64,000 nt of DNA from NCBI RefSeq assembly GCF_009914755.1, contig NC_060927.1; one strand, written 5' to 3'. The position numbers were made by a program, and so were the translations under genes. Position 1 is the first letter of the stretch, and the number at the start of each line of letters is the position of its first letter. The stretch comes from the human T2T-CHM13v2.0 reference genome, Homo sapiens. Shown here in pieces: positions 40,581 through 55,003 of the stretch. A model generated the notes under the pieces. It was not told the origin of the DNA. It searched no databases and was given only the letters and a program-made list of their open reading frames with translations.

Positions 40581-42019
40581 CTATGCAATTCTGATTCTAT
40601 AACTATAATGATCATGTTTCGTTAGTCACTTTTCATGGGAAAAGGCATTAGCAAACAAAAACTAAGAATTCAAATGTGTGGCCAATAATGATCACATGCA
40701 TCTCACTTATATAGTACTAGGTATTCATTCTCCTTATATACACACACTCATGATTTGTGTCTTATTTTACTAAGTTTTGCTAATAACATTAACATCATAG
40801 AAAAATGGCTACACATAGGAAGTTTTAAATACCAGACATGTAAATATTGCATTAAGCAATTCATCTTATAATGAAAAATGTCTAGGCTGATGTTATATGT
40901 TTTACTTAAATACATACTTGCTGTACTTCTTTATTAAGAATCTAAGACTTCTCTGTATCCTGAGTTATTATTATTCATGTAATAGCAGAGAACAGGTAAG
41001 AAACTACAAATGTGCATAGACTGTTTTTTATCTCTTTGTTTTAATTATATCAGGAGTATATAATCCAATAAAATATGATATTAGTTAAGAGAAAGCAATG
41101 AACATGTAGCTTAAAAACCACTTTCTATAGTGCTTTTATGTTGAATAAATATACTGAATTTCTCCCCAATAATTTAAAAGTAATTTATCCTCTCTTTTCT
41201 TTTAAATTAGTTCCATGTTTAAAATGACAAACAGAAGTTAAAACCCTTACATTGGTCCTAACTCATTTTACTAAAGTTCTAATCTACTCATATCAGATTT
41301 TTTATGTTTCAGCTCTAATAATAAAATGTTTGCCTTTTTAAAAGTTCTGCTTATTTTGGCATTGAAATTGTGCTTTGAGGGATTAGCATCAATAAGAATT
41401 ACCATGGAGAAGTCTTTGTTTGCTTGTTTGTTTCTTGGAGCAGCATTCTAGGGAAATGAAGAACAAAAAGTAGCTTTAAGGAACAGTTTTGATTTCTAAA
41501 TAACTATAATGCTTAATTTGTAATTTATTAATGGATATACAAGAGAGACATGGCAAAATAGTCTCTCATAATAAAAGCTTGAGCAACCTATTATGTGATA
41601 GAAGTAATCATACTTAAAATGTTCAATGTTTTGTTAATAACTGATCAATCTACTATGAATATTATTATTCTACAAAAGCAAAAGTGATGGCCACTTATCA
41701 CAGTCATTTCTGACAAGGGCATTATCACGCAATGTCTAGACAGGTAAATTGCCATAAGGTACATTTTCAAAATGAAAAGGAGCCTTAGACTCCACGGGGC
41801 CGTAACAAGAAATGACCTCCCTCCCAACAAAAACTGTACACTCTTCATCAGCCAACCTGATTAAAATAATAAACATTAAAGGTCCTTAATTTTTTAACCC
41901 TTTATTTTTTTTTGAAAGGACAAAATTATAATTTGATTTCAGAAATTTCATTCTGTTCCATTTTCAATACCTCATCCTGAACTGGTACTATTCTGATGCA
42001 TTCTGTAGGGTTCCTTATA

Positions 42020-42197
42020 AGATCACCAGAAACTGAGCCCAGGGGTTCACTGCAGGACCAACTCATTCACACCTCTTTTCTTCCTCATCTCACTCTCTCC
42101 AGTTCTTCTCTTCACTTCCTGAAGTCACCTCCAAATCAACTACCTGCTCTCAAACCCCGGCCTTAGGGTCTGTTTTCGGCAAAGCCCAACTAATAAA
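42020..42197 (+). mobile_element. LTR16-like 3' fragment
   Basis: cacctccaaatcaactacctgctctcaaacccc...agggtctgttttcggcaaagcccaactaa. Confidence 0.55.
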
Positions 42198-43103
42198 AAG
42201 AAGATTGCCATGATTATTCAATATTTTAAACATACCCAAATAGAAATATTATATAGAACATTCAATAACACTTTTCTAAAACTCAATGGATGTGTTTTTG
42301 GCAGAGAGGTAATAATTGCTTCATATGCATAGATGAAAGTCTTCCTAGAGAGAGAGACAATGAGAAGAAAAAATAGCCAAGGGTTTGGCTTTGATTAAAT
42401 GAAACATATCAAGGTAGATAGAAGAGGATGAGATGGCAGCAGATGCTGAAGACACAAGGGAAATTAATGGAGGGACTCCAAATGAGAAAACTTTAATGAA
42501 ACATATTTAAGAGTTCCCAGTAGTTAAATATATTAATGCCTAAGAATTCTCTATTATATTTGAGATATGAAATTACTTTTGCTAGAATGATGGGCAGAAG
42601 CCACATAAAATTGGTTTAATGGAAGATAAAAACAATGGAGAACTATCTTGTCAATAACTGATCTATGAGTAGAGAACATGTTAATTCCATAAACAACCTA
42701 CTTCGATGGAAAATTCAAAGACTCTATTCACTTATTCAATTCAAAAGAATCTATATGCTCTTATTTTGATCCTCAGATACTAACCACACAAAGTATTTGG
42801 AGTATTTATTTTTTTGCTATTTATGTTTAAATGTATACATTTAATGAATATTTTAAGCTGAAAAGATAAATACAATAACTTTAAGTTTTACTACAAAAAC
42901 TTGCCATATGATTAAGTAAACATGGAACAAATATAAAAAGTAGAACATCTTTTTTGAAGCTGACTTTTATCTTAGGCAAGATATGCAGTAAACTCAAGTG
43001 GGCATGTACAAGCTTGTGCCTAAAACTGATATATATATATCATAATATTAAAACCTTTTATTTGGAGAAAAAGTGCATTGAAATAAAGTAAGTATTTCCA
43101 ATA

Positions 43104-43384
43104 TTTTTTTTTTAACAGGCAGTGATATGATCACAGCTCACTGCAACCTCGAACTCTCGAAGTCCTAGACTCGAGTGGTCCTTCCGCTTCAGCCTCCCAA
43201 GTAGCTGGGGCTATAGGTGCGTGTCACCATGCCTGGCTATTTTTTTAAATTATTATTACTTTTAGTAGATATAGGGTCTTGCTATGTTCCTCAAGCTGGT
43301 CTTGAACTCCTGGGCTCCAGTAATCTTCTCACCTTGGCCTCTCAAAGTGCTGGGATTACAAGCATGATCTACTATGCCTGGCTC
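43104..43384 (-). mobile_element. AluJ with deletion near the tail
   Basis: gatcacagctcactgcaacctcgaac...gaactcctgggctcc...cccaaagtgctgggattac-type motifs. Confidence 0.9.
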
Positions 43385-43429
43385 TAATAATAATTTTTTT
43401 AACTCCCCAATGACGTATTGAGAATAAAA

Positions 43430-43686
43430 GGTATAGTGCCACTGTTGAGAACACAATTTCTAAAGTTGGTCTGCCTGGATTTGAATCCTGTGTTCCACTC
43501 TTTCCTCTCTTTGTGATCTCAGGCCATTTATTTTATCTGCCTATGCCATAATTTCTTACTCTGAAAAAAAGGTAGAATTATAAAAGTTTTTTCATAGAAT
43601 TACCAGGAGATCAAGTCAGCTTATCCATGTAAACACTTAAAACATAACTGATATGTTGTAAATACTCAGTTAATATTATTTTATTA
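43430..43686 (+). mobile_element. MIR SINE, near full length
   Basis: ctgcctggatttgaatcctg (B-box-like), core, and tail gtaaatactcagttaatattattttatt. Confidence 0.78.
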
Positions 43687-44419
43687 AGTGTTTATTATAC
43701 ATACAATTATATAATATGTGTATTGCAACATTATCCATTATCTTTTTAAATATCTCTTTGACCTACTGAGTTACTACAGTTTAGGAGCTTTAAGGGAATC
43801 AGTAATGAACCTAGCTTAACAAAAAAGAATCAATTGTAATTCTTAGTTTCTTACCTTGTATACTGTATTTGTAGCCAAGAAGTCAATAGATTTTTCTCCT
43901 CTGTCTGAGAGATCAGTTACCAAATTTATTAATACAAAGGAATTTTGAAGACACTCATGAGCAAGGGCATGAAAAAGTACGCGAATACATATCTTAATTA
44001 ATTTGTTCATGTGGCATTCTGCCTTTATTCTCTTTGAAAACAGATACTAGGGAAATTAGTAATATATCTTCTCTCTTTATTCTTTCATCTTACAAATATT
44101 TATGAAAGATTCAAAATTTAAGACAATTACTTTAACAAGTAAAGAAAATATATTCCTGGAGGATATCAGACAATGATAGATTTGCATTTGTAGTTCAATA
44201 AAATATTAAAGGTGGGAAAGGACAGAGAAATGATCTGATATCTGATGTTATATGCTGTTTCAATTGTCAGATTTGGCTCTTTCCTTCTCCGTTTGCATAC
44301 CTCCATCTACCTCTACACATCTGCCATTCAACTCCATGTGGCCTAACCTTTTTCATCATGTCACATGGAGTCAATATTCGGAGACATCACTGAATTTTGA
44401 CATATCCTATGATAAGTAT

Positions 44420-44570
44420 TTGTATTATTTCAATTCCACAATGCCGCTTCAAGGTGGTGTAGCTGTTCTAGTTTTACAGACAGAGGTAAATACATTACAC
44501 ATAAATAAGAGACATATTAGTCAAAATTCAAATGCATGATTTTCCCCCAAGCATGTATTTTTCTGATATA
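44420..44570 (-). mobile_element. MIR fragment
   Basis: ttccacaatgcc...ttttacagacagaggtaaa. Confidence 0.5.
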
Positions 44571-47084
44571 CTAGAATATATTATTTCTACTGAATGCTTT
44601 CAATATTATTCTGTGAAATGATAGTGAATTGGACACATTCTAATTCTAATATGGGGAATCATAACTCAAGCTGTAGGAACTGACACTAAAGATAGTGACC
44701 AATGTGGCTTAATTTGCTTTTTAACAGTAGGCAAAGCCTTATATTAGAGAAATGAATATTAGATTGTTAGAATTTCTAGGATTTTGGCATATGGGTGAGA
44801 AGTTAAAGAGACTAAGAAACAACCCAGTCAAAAATCTAGCTTTGGTGTGGGGATTATAAATGATTATCCAGGATGGACCATGTTGTCAACTAATAAGGAA
44901 GCTTTTATTGAAAAACAGCAATTCAGGTGTCCACCAAATACGTTTTGAAGCAAGAATTGAAAGTAAAGATAAAATAAAAGATTGAAACTGCTTCTTTCTT
45001 TTCTAATGCTGTGTGTACCTATTTTCAGAGTTATTCCTCTATAGAGAATTTCCTGTCTCTAGTTCAGTCCTTGAATAAGGGTCCTATCTAACTGAATGTC
45101 CATATAAACATAGGAAAATTTTATTTTACATTCTAGTTATATATTTGAAACTCAGTGATACATTATTAGGATTCAAGATTACATTAAAAGTTATTAATTT
45201 TAATTGAAATTATATCTAAGTACTTGGTATTCATTGGTATTGAAATTTACATTAAAAGTCCAAGTCATCTAACTCCAGAATGCAGAGCAATTTATTGGAT
45301 TTTGGAATCTCTACTATGCCTCTTTCAATGCCCTGCAACCATTCTCATTTTAATATTTTTCTCACGTTTTACCTTTTCCAAAATCACTCTTTTTTCTTTT
45401 TCTATAATAATGTTCTAAATTAAAATGTGAAAGTCATGTGATCTAATACACTGTACTAATAAAAAGAAAAGTTTGACCTTAGTTATACAGCACATATATT
45501 CACTGGTAGTTTGCACTACTGGCTATACTCATTTATAAAACAGACTATTCAAATGTAGAAGTGGGAAAATTATATTCATAACTAAGCTTATGGTATCTTT
45601 CAGGTAGGCTAACAGCACTTTCTTAATTGGGAAAGTGACAGAATCTTAAATATATTTAAATAATTTGCAAAAATTCTTTGAGCTTAAGAGATGAGAATAT
45701 GCAAAAATATGAACAAGTAGTTTTTCAATGAATAATAAACAGATATATGTTTGCAAATAAACAGGATCAACATGGGTGAGCCTAAAATGTAGAGTTTTAT
45801 ATGCAGAGAGGGTTTCCCAGGAGAAACTAAAATAACGATCCAATTAAGCTGTTACTGTATGTAAATGAGAAATTGCATGTAAGAACCATAATAAGGAAGG
45901 AATCCAAAAGCAAAATAATGTATATTTTATTTTATTTCAAACAAGGCAAATGGTAACTTGTCAAAGGAGTAGGTAAGCTTCAGGTGATCGGGAGCTGAAG
46001 GGAATCGGTTTGTAAAATATATTTGATGATGGATGGGTTTTGAGTGTTAGCACAAAGCCATATCATGACTTCACAATTAAAAATTCATTAGAACTTGTGA
46101 GGCCAGGATAACATTTAGTAAATAGAAGCAGCATGTGAGAAATTTGAATGAGTATAAGGACTTAATAGAATAATCAGTGCTCAAACTAGGACACCTCAAA
46201 ATAACAATTCATAAATATTCATTCTCTAATAGTCTTACAACTAACTGAATAACAGAACTATAGATTTTGCTCCAAATATTATGTTTAGATAAAATAGAAG
46301 AGAATTTTCATGCTCAAATGCTACTCCTCTAAAAATACATTTTAGCATTCAAACAACAGGTATGAACTGTTTTAAACTTTCAGATCACCTTATCTACAGC
46401 TTATGAAAATATCATATAGAGTTTGGCAGTATCCCATTCAAGGGCTATAAAACCTTTAAGAAAAAAAAATAGTTTTTAACTCTGAGAAAATGAAATGACA
46501 TTCTTTTGACCAAAACAAAGAATTTTAAAACATCAGATAAATTGTATGCATAAAAATTAATCTCAGTTCAGAGAGTGACACACTCAAAACAGTTTTCTTT
46601 GACTCCTGTCCTAATACCTTGAGATAAGAAACTGGAGGCAAGCATGCCAAATAGAGACTTCACCCATAAATTCTTGGTTTGCATAGAATGTTCAAAAACA
46701 TTTGAATTTGTTGCTTATATTTAACTCTTAGGAAACTTGACATTGAACATGAGTTTCCATTCTCACTTGAAAAAATAGAATAGTTGACACCACTGGCCCC
46801 ACATTCCATAGAACAGCAATGTGTTATACCTGGGTTATGGATAACCCCTTTTAGAGAGAACAAGTATTCTCCTGTTGGTCCAAAAGCTCATTTCTGTAGT
46901 TGATACTACTCTTCTGGAGTGGATCTCTGCTATAGTTCTTCTTTACAGAAGAAATAAAAACACAGCTATTCAACAAAATTAGCAATGATATATTTTATAA
47001 TACCTGCTCTTATTTAAATAAGCCACTTAGTTAAATTATTCAAAAGTACAAACATGATTTTTAAATTATTAAAAACATTGTGAT

Positions 47085-47362
<278 letters not shown>

Positions 47363-50300
47363 TTATTTAAAATGTTATGTTTAAAATATTTGCCAAAGAA
47401 CCAAAGCGCCACAAGCAAAAAGAGATTCAAGTGCTGTTATAAATTACTTACATGTTTTAATAAAGACACAGTGCTTTCAAAAGTTTCCAGCCATTAATTT
47501 CCGGAACCACTAGTAAAAAATACTCCTTGAACTTTGTAACCTTGTCTCAGAAGACACATTTTTGTGAGTTTATAAAATCAAAGTCTTAGGAAATCATAAT
47601 GGTTTCTGATTTTAGTAACGATTTTTATCACAAAAAGTTGTAATATGTTACTTTTTCATGAAAAACAACCCTCAGGTGTATGCTATTTAATGATGACTTT
47701 TGCAATCTTTTAAACAGTTATCCAGAACTTCTTTATTATAGGTTTTATGTTTATATTTTTTAGGTTTATATTACTTTTATTTCTTTATAAAAGATTTTTT
47801 TAAAATGTCTAGCTCACTAAAGATTTTCTTTGTTTTATTTGTCCCTAGAATTCTATATCACTGCTCTCTCACAGGAAAAAAAAAAAGCAAGCCAAACCTG
47901 TGTTCCTAATTACTCAGTAAGATAATCAGCCTACAATTATACAAACATACTTTAATAATTTCTAAGCATCGGTAGTGTAGTAATTTGACTTTAGCTCTTT
48001 AGCAGTCGTATTGTAAAAGTCAAATTAACAATCCTTGCCAGCCACTACACTAAATAGGTTATTGACTGTGAGGTTCTTTTTGAAAAGCCATGCAAACCTA
48101 CAGCTTTTATTAGCTGCTGAGCTACATTAGCTTATATGGTGAGGAAAACAGAAACAAATATAATCACTTTTGTAGGTAAGTTTTACTGTACAGAAAAGGG
48201 CTTTATGGATGTAAAAAAAAGTAACTAAAACAGTCTGAAGAAAGTTTGAGAAAAAGTATTTTAAACAAGTACGTTCACTGGGAAATTCTCAAAACAAAAC
48301 AAAACAGTTTACATCTCCTAAGAAACAGAACTCAAATTAAAATCATAGCAGGCAAATGATGATTCACTAGCTGGTAATTATTTGAACCCTGCTCGTTACT
48401 GTGATATAGTGTTTTGTTATTAATAATAAGATCTAAACAGGCAAATTAAATATTTGAACAGTTCATTCCAGACGTCATACAGATTCTGTATTTCATCTGT
48501 TAATTCACTCCGTCTATTTGAAGCATCAGGGACTTGAGAACCAAAACACCACCTGTGGTTTCATTTTATTCCTAACACATCCCTCACTTGCAATTTTAAA
48601 TACTGCATCAAAGGGAGCCTCTTAAGGTGAATGTCCTCATTGTCATTCCAGAAAAATAATATGGTATTATCTCCTAGTGATGTGGTTCACATCCATAATA
48701 ATGCTAAATCCAACTTTTTCCTTTATTTTTTTCTAAGTCTTAAATGCTTAGCAGGGAGATGGAGTAGGAGCTTCATATCTGATTGGCATACATTCCATTT
48801 TGTCGAGAAATGCAATTTAATTAACCATGGGCATTCTTCATTTATGCTTTACATTACATCCAGCTATCTTGCTGAATATTTTCAAGTGTAATCATAATCT
48901 ACCAGATAATTATCAATGGGCATTTTCTTCAAAATAAAACAAGCTTATCTTTTACTTGAGTAAAATTTAAATCTCTTAAATTCCCAGAGATTTTAAAATG
49001 TCCCTTAAAAGGCACAAACAGAACGTTTTTGTATACAGAAAACATTAAGATTAATAAAATAAATACTTTATTTAGAAATATTAAATTTTAAAACGAACTG
49101 AAAATAAACAGCTGCAAACTCCATGTCATATTCAGGTTTTTCATGTCTTTTTACAAACTTTAAAATAAGGTTGTGTCCAAAACTGGCTTGAAGGTAAATA
49201 AACACCTAAGTAAATTTTTTTAACATTAGCTAGAGTCTGACAAAAATTTTTACATTAATTTGCATTTAAACAGAATCCAAGGTAGAGTTCTAAGATACAT
49301 GCATTAATTATTATTAACCAGTGAACCTTTAGCTGACCAGCATTTAAAATGCCCAAATGTTATTTGTCTCTTAAGAAAATCATATTAGTAATTTTCTTTC
49401 TGAGTTATCTAACCTTCAATTCAATGTCAGATATAGTAGGTCTATTAGGAATTAGAATAGAAATTGAGAGTTCATATTTACATGTCCTTGAGTTCATATA
49501 TTTATTATTTTAACCGTTTATTGTACTGGAAACAGAAATCTGGTAGGGTTAGAGTTGTGAATCATAGAATATGAAAGCTTGATTAAATTGATAAATGTTA
49601 GAAGTATAACAATCTTGAAGTTATTAAATATATGTGAAAATATTAGAGGGTGATACAGAGTATCACAGCATTTAAAAAAATCTTCTCAAATATTCCTTTC
49701 AGAATTGCCTGCACTTCTTGAATCAAAGATCTGGTTTCTTAACAGAAACCACAAATTTATATTTTCTTTGAATCAGAATCTCAAGAGGTTGAATTTTTTT
49801 TTCTTGGAAATGTAAGAAATATAGAGAAGTTGTAGGGAAAAATAATTTGAAAAATTATTATCTCTGTGAACGGAATCTCTTCATCAAATTATTTTAGAAA
49901 CTGGTAAAATTTCATCAGAATATTAAGAACACATTTAAAAAAAAGATTTTATTGATTTGAAGGTATGGCCAGCATATCTTCTTCAGCCCTTTTTCAAGAA
50001 AATATACCTCATTTTTTGAATAAATCTATTGAAAACATTCAAGGACAGTTGCGACTCACAAATAATACACTTTATATATATGCATAGGCAACCTTTAAAA
50101 TATTTCCTATAATAAGGCTCTGAATTTTTCATAGCCTTACTATGTATTATTTTTATTACTTAAAAAAGCTGAAGTTTTAAATGTCTTACTTAGTATAAGC
50201 ATTTAGTAATAATAAATGTGGCAAATAAAATGCTGATTATTTTTAAGAAAAAAAAGACCAAATTTATTCTTTATATATAATAGATATGTCAATCAATCCT

Positions 50301-52693
50301 GCACAATTGTTAAAAATGATAAAATTGGTTACTGTTCTATGACTTTTTTTTGTTGTTGTTTAAAGTCTAAAACACTAAGAAATAATTCATTGGAAAGGAA
50401 ATATAGACTAACATCCATGTTAACAATATGCATGCTATGGAAGAGTGCTTCAATAGATATGAAGTACTTCAAATGTTGCTAAGTAATTTTGCTATTTTAT
50501 CATTTAAAATGTATGTGTCATCAGTGAATGTGTGTGTATATATTCACAAAATTAATTTCTAGGCAAAATAAACAAATATTTGAACTAATAACATTTATGC
50601 TTACTTTCTAAGATTATTTTCTAAATAGGTTCCAGTGCACAAAATAATAAAAATTGAGCTTCTGTAAGTTACAATTTAGATGATATATCACATTTATCTT
50701 AATACATTGAAACTGTAATTGCAAATAATTGAACTTCCAATACAAAAGTAAATGAAGTTGCTGAACCAAAAGGAAATTAGCATTGATTGCAGTTTGAGTA
50801 AACAACAGATTTGGTAGTTCTGATTTATTAAGGTGGCAACTGGTCCTAAACCCATTAACACAGAGATTTAATTAAAGTATTGTGACTTTTATGAACAAAA
50901 GCAAGAACAGGAAACTGCCATAAAAGTATGTTTTCATTTTGATAATGAAAATCAATATAAAATTGATAGACTAACATTCTCAAATTAATACGAGGCAACT
51001 CAAAGAGATCTAAACATAGAATTAGATTATGATGAACATTTTTTTAAAAAAAACTACAATGAAAGCTATATAGATATTTGTTTAGCTTTCATACCTGGAA
51101 TTTAATACTTTGAGCAACAGTGCATAGTATCTTGGACAAACACTGCAAAACAGGAATATAATCCACTTACATAGATAATCAACCCTATATTTTCATATAA
51201 CACTTACCCAGTTAATGCAAAGTGGAAAAAATATATATGTCTGAGGTTACTTAATATTTTTAGCATGAAAGAGTCTATTAAGCTGAACCAAGAAAATTAC
51301 ACCAATCTCCATATTACTTTGTCTAAACACAGCAAAGTTCTGTGGCAGTTGTGTTTCATAGTCCTCTATTAATAAGTCACTCCACTAAAAAGATCATTAG
51401 GCAAACAAGAATGCCATCTGCTTTAATTCTATAAGTCAATTCTATTTTATGACTCAAGTGTTTACAAGACAAATCTAGTTCAGATTAATTAGTTTTATAG
51501 GTGAGAAATGTACTCGGCCTGTTACTGTATTCCATGATACAATTTTTAATGAATTAATCACTCATTTAAACTTCATTGCCTCCAACCTGAATAAAACCAC
51601 TGAGGCTGTCACTGAGAGTAATTCTGACTGAATTTACAAGTGACCAGGGCAATCCTTCTTAGAAAGACCTATTTTGAATTATCCAGATTAATGAAACAAA
51701 GTGAAGTCAAAAGAAAGAATTAAAGATATTACCCAGTAGTATCCAAGCTACTAAAGACCAATGAGCTATTACTTTTGGCTAGAATTCTATTTGTGCCCAT
51801 ATTTTACTTTAATTATGACTACAATTAACAGTACTTCTGTTGCTATTATATCTATTTGTTCCCACTTTCCTCTTTCTTTTCCGCTTTATTCTCTTCCTCC
51901 TCCTGATGCTACTGCTACTCTTCATATTAGTGTTATTGCTGCTGGTAGTATTTTTACTGCTAATGTGTAGTGTAGCAAAAGAATCATGTTTAACATTTCT
52001 ATTTGAATACAGTGTATTGTCCCTTGGGTTGATTATTATTTGCTGGCAGACCTTTGATTATTTATTGATACTAAACTGGATTATGCTCATTATCTTTATC
52101 AAATTTTTGGCAAAATTCTATCATTATATTGGATACATCTATTCCTCTAGGTTTCTATTATGATTTATCCTTTTGTGGCTACCTCTTTACAGGTGTGTGT
52201 ATTAGATGTGGATATTGTTAGCTTCTCAATTAAGAAGCCTATTTATGGATTTTAATTTATTTAGGCTTATATCATGTGATGGGGTGCAACATGATGATCA
52301 AAAATTCGAAAAACTGATCTCTTTTTCTGTGAAAGAAATGTGTTACCCATCACTAAAGCATAACTAAATATTACCTCACGAAATTTTTTAAAAGAAAAAT
52401 TGTTATAAAAAGAAAAAGTAAGTAATTTCTGCCGAGAATTCTCTCTACTGAGAGTTGTCATATAATGTCCTAAGAGGAGAAACAGTCTAATTGAGAATTC
52501 TGTTTTGCATGATTTTGTCTTTTGAGTTAGGTAACATTTTATGAAGGAAACTAATTAAACACAAGCCAAAGACTTTAATAGCCTTCCTCTCATACAATTG
52601 TTTTAAAAAAACTATTGATACTATGAAAATATTAATAGTGACAACTTTAAATTTTAGATTACTAATTTTATTGACAATAAGAATGCCAACGAG

Positions 52694-53533
52694 TAGTTTA
52701 CATTCCCACCAACGGTGTAAAAGTTTCACCACATCCAAGCCAACATCTATAATTTTATTTATTTATTTATTAAGGCCATTCTTGCAGGAGTAAGATGGTA
52801 TCACATTGCAGTGTTGATTTGAATTTCCCCGATAATTAATGATGTTGAGCATTTTTTCATATGTTTGTTGGCCATTTGTAAATCTTCTTTTGAGAATTAT
52901 CTATTCAAGTCTTTAGCCCACTTTTTGATAGGACTGTTTTTTTTTTTTCTGATTTGTTTGAGTTCCTTGTAGATTCTGGATATTAGTCCTTTGTCAGATG
53001 TATAGACTGTGAAGATTTTCTCCCAAAATGTGGGTTGTCTGTTTACTCAGCTGGAGCTTTTTAGTTTAATTAAGTCTCTTCTATTATTACTTGTTTTTGT
53101 TGCATTTGCTTTTCAGTTCTTGGTCATGAAATCTTTGTCTAAGTGAATGTCTAGAAGGGCTTTTCCAATATTATCTTCTAGAATTTTTATGTTTTCAGGT
53201 CTTAGATTTAAGTCTTTGGTTCATCTTGAAGTGAGTTTTGTATAAGGTACCACTATGGAAAACAGTACAGAGATTCCTTAAAGAACTAATAGATCTACCA
53301 TTTGACTCAGCAATCCCACCAATGGATATTTACTCAGAGGAAAAAAAGTCTTTCTACAAAAAAGACACTTGCATACCCATGTTTATAGTACCACAATTCG
53401 CAATTGCAAAAATATGGAAACAGCCCAACAGCCCAAACACCGATCATTTAATGAGTGGATAAAGATAACGCTATATATGAGATATATATATATAGCATAT
53501 ATACATATATATAGCATATATATATAGCATATC

Positions 53534-53573
<40 letters not shown>

Positions 53574-53945
53574 ATGGAATACTACTCAGCCATAAAAAGG
53601 AATAAAAAGGAATGAAATGATGGCATTCACAGCAACCTGCATGGAATTGGAGACCATATTCTAAATAAAGTAACTCAGGAATGGAAAACCAAATATTGTA
53701 TGTTCTCACTCATAAGTGAGAGCTAAGCTATGAGGATGCAAAGGCATAAAAATGATACAATAGACTATGAGGACTCAGATGAAAGAGTGGGAGGGAGAGG
53801 AGGGGTAAAAGACTACAAATTGGATACAGCATTCACTGCTCGGGTGATGGGTGAACCAAAATCTCAGAAATCGCCACTAAAGAACTTATTCATGTAACCG
53901 AACACCACCTGTTCTCCCAAAACCTGTTGAAATAATGGTAATAAA
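52694..53945 (+). mobile_element. L1PB1-like element, 5'-inverted (twin-primed)
   Basis: Antisense 52694-53248, sense from accactatgg (53249). 3'UTR ctgctcgggtgatgggtg...aaagaacttattcatgtaacc. Candidate TSD aagaatg. Confidence 0.92.
53472..53573. repeat. Compound (TA)n/(CA)n microsatellite inside L1PB1
   Basis: tatatagcatata units followed by a pure CA run. Confidence 0.92.
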
Positions 53946-54339
53946 AAGAATGGAGAGGGAAGGAGGGCTGGTGCCAGAAGAAAGTTGGCTGGGGAATAAA
54001 GGATATTAGAAGCTGGCTGGTTAAAAACAAAATTGAGAGACTCTAATAAAAGTTTGAATTTATTGTGAAAAAAATTAGGTTATTAATTACCTTTGTTGTG
54101 AGGCCGAGGAAGGATACAGGCAGTGCTCAGAAATAGATATAATTATTGGAAATATTTTAATAAGTGGAATGGATGGCAAGTTTCTAAGTATTTGTGATAT
54201 TTAAGTGTAAAAAAGCAACAACATAAAATAAATAAAAGAAAAGATCATGAAAAGGAATGCCAGTGATGAAATCAATGCTGCTTTCAAATCTCTAAAATAT
54301 TTGGCAAAAAATATTTTGGGAATATTTGGCATCAAATCT

Positions 54340-55003
54340 ATATTCGCACAATGGCTAGAGTAATCTCTAAGAATATTAATTAGGTTGCTTCACTTGCTGC
54401 TTAAAACATGACATCACACTGTAATACTGAGATGACTCAGTTGTCTATGACTGAAAAAATGTACAAATCCTAACTGTCAAACTTTATCTAATATTGCCCT
54501 CTCCTATTCTTTCTACATTTTGTCCTAGCTTACTTTTGTTTCGTGAATATGCTCGCATTTTCCTAACTCAAGCAAGTTACATATAGTATGCTTTCTCTCT
54601 GGGAAGCCCCCTCCTTCTTTCTTCATAGAGCTTGATCCATTTTTTTTCTCTAGTTTTCACTCTCAATTTATGTGTCAATTTCTTTGAAGAGATTCTCACT
54701 GTTTGATCTAGATAAAAGAGCACCTTTCCCCTTTTATTCTGTCTTAAATCCTACTATTGTTTTCTTTGAGCACTTAATGCAGTTAAGTGGCTTTTTTGTT
54801 TCATTTGTTTTCTGATTCTTGTTAATTTTGGGTATTTTTTTTTGGTTTTTGTTTATCTTAGTTTTACTTATTTATGCCTTACTAGTTTGCTTCATGTCTG
54901 CAAGAACTATGTGTGCTTTTTTGTTTCTGTATTCTTGTTATTAGTACAGTGTCTTCGGTATCATAGGCATTCAATAAATCCTTGTGAAATGAATGATTGA
55001 ATG
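54340..55003 (+). mobile_element. L2a 3' region
   Basis: Ends agtacagtgtct...ataggcattcaataaatccttgtgaaatgaatgattgaatg (typical L2a terminus). Confidence 0.78.

Noticed and set aside
41645-41860. 67-aa minus-strand ORF behind an acceptor-like ttttaatcag
   Set aside because: No recognisable protein similarity and no convincing donor site.
43855-44046. Minus-strand exon (acceptor ttccctag, donor AAG|GTAAGA)
   Set aside because: Short polypyrimidine tract, branch-like motif too close to the AG, and no supporting ORF in the track. Such motif pairs are expected by chance in 64 kb.
51761-52163. Hydrophobic 'membrane protein' ORFs
   Set aside because: Produced by T-rich low-complexity trinucleotide-like sequence.
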